From: Octopus bimaculoides
Taxonomy: Eukaryota
NCBI RefSeq assembly: GCF_001194135.2
Contig: NC_068984.1
Coordinates: forward strand, 16,003,389 to 16,067,388
Direction of reading: 5' to 3'
DNA: 64,000 bases
In this document: positions 63,048 through 64,000 of the stretch, piece after piece
Numbering within the stretch: the stretch's first letter is position 1
How the letters are laid out: each line of letters begins with the position of its first letter
Translations under genes and position numbers: made by a program
Notes under the pieces: model-generated
The model's database searches: none
The model's input: only the letters and a program-made list of their open reading frames with translations
Told to the model about the DNA's origin: nothing

Positions 63048-64000
63048 TATATATACATGACTGAGACCTTTGGTGATATGCTGTGCTTGAGAAGACCTAT
63101 CAAGCCAAGTGAAATCATAGTCACGGCCGATGCTGGTGTCACGTAAAGAGCACCTGGACCAGAGGCACATGAAGAGTGCATTTCAAGCGTTGGGTCACAC
63201 GGAGTCAAAGTGGCTGAGTTCCTTTTGAGTGTTGGGCCTCACAGAAGCAATGACCAAGACCTTTTGGCATTATGTCATGGCAGATACTGGTGTCATGCAA
63301 ATGGCACCTGTGTTGGTGACACATAAAAGCACCTATTACACTCTCAGAGTGGTTGGCATTAGGAAGGGCATCCAGCCATAGGAAACCATGCCAAATCAGA
63401 CTGGAGTCTGGTGAAGCCTTCCAGCTTACCAGCCCTGGTCAAACTGTCTAACCCATACCAATGTGGACAACAGACGTTAAATGATGATGATGATGATGAT
63501 GATGATATATATATATATATACACATGTATATATGTGTTTTTATATATGTGTGTGTGTATATGTGTGAGTGTGTATGTGTGTGTATGTGTCTTTGTGTCT
63601 GTTTGTCCTCCACCATCACTTGACAATTGGTGTTGGTTTGTTTACATCCCTGTAACTTAGTGGTTCGGCAGAAGAGACTGGCAGAATAAGTACAGGCTTA
63701 AGAGATAAAGTCCTGAGGTCAATTCATTCAACTGCAATTCTTCAAAGCGGTGCTCCAGCATGACCACAGCCTAATGACTGAAACAAGTAAAAAAAGGTAA
63801 AAAAAAAATAAAAAGGTATATAATTAATGGTTGAGAAATTTCTATTCTTACCCTTTTTCTCTTTGTTTATCTTCTCTGAGACCTCTTCATTTACATCCTG
63901 TGTGCTTAAGTCTTCAGTTGGAGGAGGTTTTGTTAAAGCAACCAACTGAAGTGTAATTTCGTCTCCAAGAGTTAGGTCTCTGATTCGTAAGGAATTAATT
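17708..64000 (-). CDS. Large uncharacterised multi-exon gene: at least 11 FN3 repeats plus a C-terminal TlpA-like thioredoxin domain (5' end beyond window)
   Basis: 27 exons join in one open frame with GT-AG junctions and matching phases (4,492 nt, about 1,496 aa). FN3 signatures (W in strand B, Y in strands C and F) recur. The thioredoxin domain reads [21 protein letters not shown]...[25 protein letters not shown]. Confidence 0.9.
18782..18861 (-). CDS. FN3-Trx gene penultimate exon (donor ambiguous: 18782 or 18772)
   Basis: ttccag|..[27 protein letters not shown]|gtgaac; alternative donor aa|gtaaca 10 nt further. Confidence 0.75.
19401..19499 (-). CDS. FN3-Trx gene exon (99 nt, phase 1 to 1) with thioredoxin cis-Pro loop
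   Basis: ttgcag|..[33 protein letters not shown] g|gtacgg. Confidence 0.88.
20530..20656 (-). CDS. FN3-Trx gene exon (127 nt, phase 0 to 1)
   Basis: tatcag|[42 protein letters not shown] g|gtaaga. Confidence 0.85.
20859..20905 (-). pseudogene. tRNA-Ile-derived 3' fragment (positions 27-73)
   Basis: TCGTG-CTGATAA-CGCGA anticodon arm, ATGTC, GTGGG-TTCGTGC-CCTAT T arm, ACTGGCT-A. Close to the invertebrate tRNA-Ile(AAU) 3' half; D arm and 5' acceptor strand are absent. Confidence 0.65.
21909..22236 (-). mobile_element. tRNA-derived SINE family E
   Basis: Head GTGGCTTAGTGGTTAGGGC...GAGTTCAATTCCC then TGTCCTTGAGCAAGACACTT. Copies at 18140-18345, 27310-27620, 34703-35028, 46455-46735. Confidence 0.85.
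22302..22365 (-). CDS. FN3-Trx gene exon (64 nt, phase 2 to 0) carrying the CHPC active-site motif
   Basis: ttacag|G TGC CAT CCT TGC...AAT CTG|gtaagt; (W)[21 protein letters not shown]. Confidence 0.92.
22462..22668 (-). CDS. FN3-Trx gene exon (207 nt, phase 2 to 2), start of thioredoxin-like domain
   Basis: tgtag|..[68 protein letters not shown] tg|gtgagt. Confidence 0.9.
23770..23927 (-). CDS. FN3-Trx gene exon (158 nt, phase 0 to 2)
   Basis: tttcag|[52 protein letters not shown] aa|gtaagg. Confidence 0.88.
24602..24738 (-). CDS. FN3-Trx gene exon (137 nt, phase 1 to 0)
   Basis: tttcag|..[46 protein letters not shown]|gtaagt. Confidence 0.9.
25452..25530 (-). CDS. FN3-Trx gene exon (79 nt, phase 0 to 1)
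   Basis: tggcag|[26 protein letters not shown] g|gtaacc. Confidence 0.8.
26066..26640 (-). mobile_element. CR1-clade LINE 3' end
   Basis: DLVDTHKII...[11 protein letters not shown]...[20 protein letters not shown]...TFK is the CR1 ORF2 C-terminus; its 3' UTR recurs at 20950-21180 and 27178-27300. Confidence 0.85.
28440..28524 (-). CDS. FN3-Trx gene exon (85 nt, phase 2 to 0)
   Basis: tttcag|..[28 protein letters not shown]|gtaagt; needed to restore phase. Confidence 0.8.
29369..29595. mobile_element. piggyBac-like MITE (TTAA-CCC termini)
   Basis: TTAACCCTTTT...AAAAAGGTTAA; related copies at 23360-23590 (inverted), 14575-14760 and 13130-13340. Confidence 0.7.
29930..30084 (-). CDS. FN3-Trx gene exon (155 nt, phase 0 to 2)
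   Basis: tactag|[51 protein letters not shown] aa|gtatgt. Confidence 0.85.
30400..30560 (-). mobile_element. Decayed LINE ORF2 C-terminal fragment
   Basis: [35 protein letters not shown] resembles W.EA...A.DR..WR...LC..G. Confidence 0.5.
31181..31306 (-). CDS. FN3-Trx gene exon (126 nt, phase 0 to 0)
   Basis: tttcag|[42 protein letters not shown]|gtaagt. Confidence 0.88.
32968..33138 (-). CDS. FN3-Trx gene exon (171 nt, phase 0 to 0)
   Basis: gacag|[57 protein letters not shown]|gtaaga. Confidence 0.88.
35203..35383 (-). CDS. FN3-Trx gene exon (181 nt, phase 2 to 0)
   Basis: ttccag|..[46 protein letters not shown]...EYSFQVQ|gtaagc. Confidence 0.92.
35955..36252 (-). mobile_element. tRNA-derived SINE family F (one copy in window)
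   Basis: On minus: GTGGAGGCGCAATGGCCCAGTGGTTAGGG...GTTTCAATTCCC tRNA-like head; GC-richer body. Confidence 0.65.
36713..36891 (-). CDS. FN3-Trx gene exon (179 nt, phase 0 to 2)
   Basis: ttctag|[32 protein letters not shown]...[12 protein letters not shown] ag|gtgagg. Confidence 0.88.
38097..38370 (-). CDS. FN3-Trx gene exon (274 nt, phase 2 to 0)
   Basis: ttttag|..[24 protein letters not shown]...[33 protein letters not shown]|gtaaat. Confidence 0.9.
38825..39120. repeat. Foldback-like inverted repeat (~90-bp arms)
   Basis: 38825-38915 pairs with 39029-39120 (TGTATCTTCTTCA...TTCATCTTCTGC vs GCAGAAGATGAA...TGAAGAAGATGCA); diverged. Confidence 0.75.
39261..40078. mobile_element. Cluster of three family A copies (one -, two +)
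   Basis: Reverse 3' end at 39261-39370; forward copies end in (GAT)n at about 39645 and 40078. Confidence 0.85.
40351..40427 (-). CDS. FN3-Trx gene exon (77 nt, phase 0 to 2)
   Basis: ttgcag|[25 protein letters not shown] ag|gtgagt. Confidence 0.9.
40514..40570. repeat. (ACT)n microsatellite
   Basis: Direct reading. Confidence 0.95.
41303..41416. repeat. (ATC)n microsatellite (expanded family A tail)
   Basis: Direct reading; abuts a family A 3' end. Confidence 0.95.
42046..42241 (-). CDS. FN3-Trx gene exon (196 nt, phase 2 to 0)
   Basis: tgtag|..[10 protein letters not shown]...[38 protein letters not shown]|gtaaga. Confidence 0.9.
43444..43648 (-). CDS. FN3-Trx gene exon (205 nt, phase 1 to 2)
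   Basis: tttcag|..[41 protein letters not shown]...PVNRL aa|gtaagt. Confidence 0.88.
44693..45060 (+). mobile_element. Family A copy with upstream GCGTTGGGCCTCAC / GAGACCTTTGG modules
   Basis: The same upstream modules occur at 4745-5050 and 63058-63300. Confidence 0.75.
45089..45317 (-). mobile_element. tRNA-derived SINE family C with 16-bp target-site duplication
   Basis: GCGGCGAGCTGGCAGAA...GAGTTCAAATTCC...AAAGAAATAAG; CTTCTGCACAGTTTCT at 45073-45088 and 45318-45333. Other copies at 4502-4700, 15925-16140, 21520-21720, 24777-25035, 31834-31945, 52130-52340. Confidence 0.88.
46010..47355 (+). mobile_element. Family B SINE host carrying nested C (46165-46400), E (46455-46735) and A (46750-47098) elements
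   Basis: B head at 46010-46155 resumes after a duplicated AGAAACTGTGT(T/G)GAAGCC; B tail at about 47110-47355. Confidence 0.75.
47522..47636 (-). CDS. FN3-Trx gene exon (115 nt, phase 0 to 1)
   Basis: gacag|[38 protein letters not shown] g|gtttgt. Confidence 0.8.
48297..48572 (-). CDS. FN3-Trx gene exon (276 nt, phase 0 to 0)
   Basis: ttttag|[19 protein letters not shown]...GYQLIINDS...[14 protein letters not shown]...KKWK|gtaagt. Confidence 0.9.
48856..49511 (-). CDS. FN3-Trx gene exon (656 nt, phase 1 to 0)
   Basis: tccag|..GLYLELTPI...EYLFRIFAL...[23 protein letters not shown]...[14 protein letters not shown]...SIPTPK|gtaaga. Confidence 0.92.
49758..50013. mobile_element. hAT-type MITE with 8-bp TSD
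   Basis: CAGTGGTTCTCAACC...GGTTGAGAAACACTG flanked by GGGTAGAT on both sides; degraded relative at 28820-29097 and a right end at about 34035. Confidence 0.88.
50931..51098 (-). CDS. FN3-Trx gene exon (168 nt, phase 1 to 1)
   Basis: tttcag|..[56 protein letters not shown] g|gtatca. Confidence 0.9.
52840..53340 (+). mobile_element. Family A copy nested in a family B SINE
   Basis: B tail at 52455-52670 and B head at 53345-53500 flank it. Confidence 0.8.
53960..54770 (-). pseudogene. Possible decayed copy of an MBT/SLED (SFMBT-like) coding sequence
   Basis: Stop-riddled frame with CNGYELSP (54545-54522), then [18 protein letters not shown] (54316-54284), [12 protein letters not shown] and YQGIV*IL, in the order seen in SFMBT MBT4-SLED; similarity judged by eye only. 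Confidence 0.3.
54825..55615. repeat. Compound (TG)n/(TGCA)n satellite spanning a gap
   Basis: Recurrent GTGTGTCTGTGACTGTGTATGTGTTTGTGTGTGTGCAT higher-order unit. Confidence 0.85.
55761..55856 (-). CDS. FN3-Trx gene exon (96 nt, phase 1 to 1)
   Basis: gacag|..[32 protein letters not shown] g|gtttgt; FN3 strands E-F. Confidence 0.88.
56938..57540 (-). mobile_element. Family A copy with about six tandem 66-bp units
   Basis: TGCTTTTTATGTTCCACCAGCACAGGAGCCAGTCAG... recurs at 57099, 57165, 57231, 57297, 57363 and 57429. Confidence 0.85.
57581..58216 (+). mobile_element. Decayed mariner transposon (left end plus 5' part of transposase)
   Basis: TA|GGGTTGGAACAAAA left end; [40 protein letters not shown]...LVPHNL and MITGDEKWI match mariner HTH, WVPHEL and TGDEKW motifs; stops and frameshifts present. 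Confidence 0.88.
58410..58834 (+). mobile_element. Family A copy
   Basis: Family core with (GAT)n tail. Confidence 0.85.
59815..60285 (+). mobile_element. Family A copy
   Basis: Family core with (GAT)n tail. Confidence 0.85.
60628..60729 (-). CDS. FN3-Trx gene exon (102 nt, phase 1 to 1); identical copy at 60363-60464
   Basis: ctcag|..[33 protein letters not shown] g|gtaaat. Confidence 0.85.
61577..61708 (-). CDS. FN3-Trx gene exon (132 nt, phase 1 to 1)
   Basis: tttcag|..[44 protein letters not shown] a|gtaagt. Confidence 0.88.
61937..62207 (-). mobile_element. Probable solo LTR; related partial copy at 43236-43410
   Basis: Minus strand TGTGGTG...TATTATA; flanks GCTT/GCTC (4-bp TSD, one mismatch); shared core CAGCTGCTATTTCTAGCGTTCTTCGGGTCGGGCCA; CpG-rich. 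Confidence 0.5.
62461..62645. mobile_element. hAT-type MITE with 8-bp TSD
   Basis: CAGTGCTCCGAAACC...GGTTGCAGGGCACTG; flanks GTTTAGTT/GTTTAGCT. Confidence 0.75.
62850..63795 (+). mobile_element. Family B SINE split by a family A insertion (63058-63505) in its central microsatellite
   Basis: B head, (TA)n, A copy with (GAT)n, (TA/TG)n, B tail. Confidence 0.8.
63852..64000 (-). CDS. FN3-Trx gene exon (partial, runs off window)
   Basis: [49 protein letters not shown] g|gtaaga (phase 1). Confidence 0.85.

Overview
AT-rich, intron-rich animal genomic scaffold with many N gaps. It is most likely a coleoid cephalopod (octopus-like); this is an inference from the dense tRNA-derived SINE families and microsatellite landscape. 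Two convergent protein-coding genes can be rebuilt by hand from GT-AG junctions with consistent phases. (1) On + is LAMTOR5/HBXIP, coding exons 2-4 (10831-14065); exon 1 was not found. (2) On - is a large gene running from beyond 64000 down to 17708, with 27 exons in the window (about 1,496 aa, 5' end outside). It encodes at least 11 FN3 repeats, five with very long F-G loops and one split by a ~70-aa helical insert, followed by a C-terminal TlpA/redoxin-like thioredoxin domain (WCHPC ... GIEGVP). I do not recognise this architecture as a named gene. Introns are filled with SINEs (often nested), RTE/CR1 LINE fragments, a decayed mariner, hAT-, piggyBac- and Helitron-type non-autonomous elements, a Gypsy-like LTR with a tRNA-Trp-like PBS, and microsatellites. 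Oddities include a tRNA-Ile-derived fragment fused to a SINE tail that carries possible mature-tRNA reverse-transcription marks, a hairpin-packed ~210-bp intronic segment, a 304-bp inverted duplication, repeated same-site SINE-in-SINE insertion, and a possible decayed SFMBT-like copy. Almost all ORFs in the supplied track are repeat or microsatellite noise. SINE family labels A-F are my own working names. Exon coordinates were counted by hand and may be off by a base; repeat coordinates are approximate.
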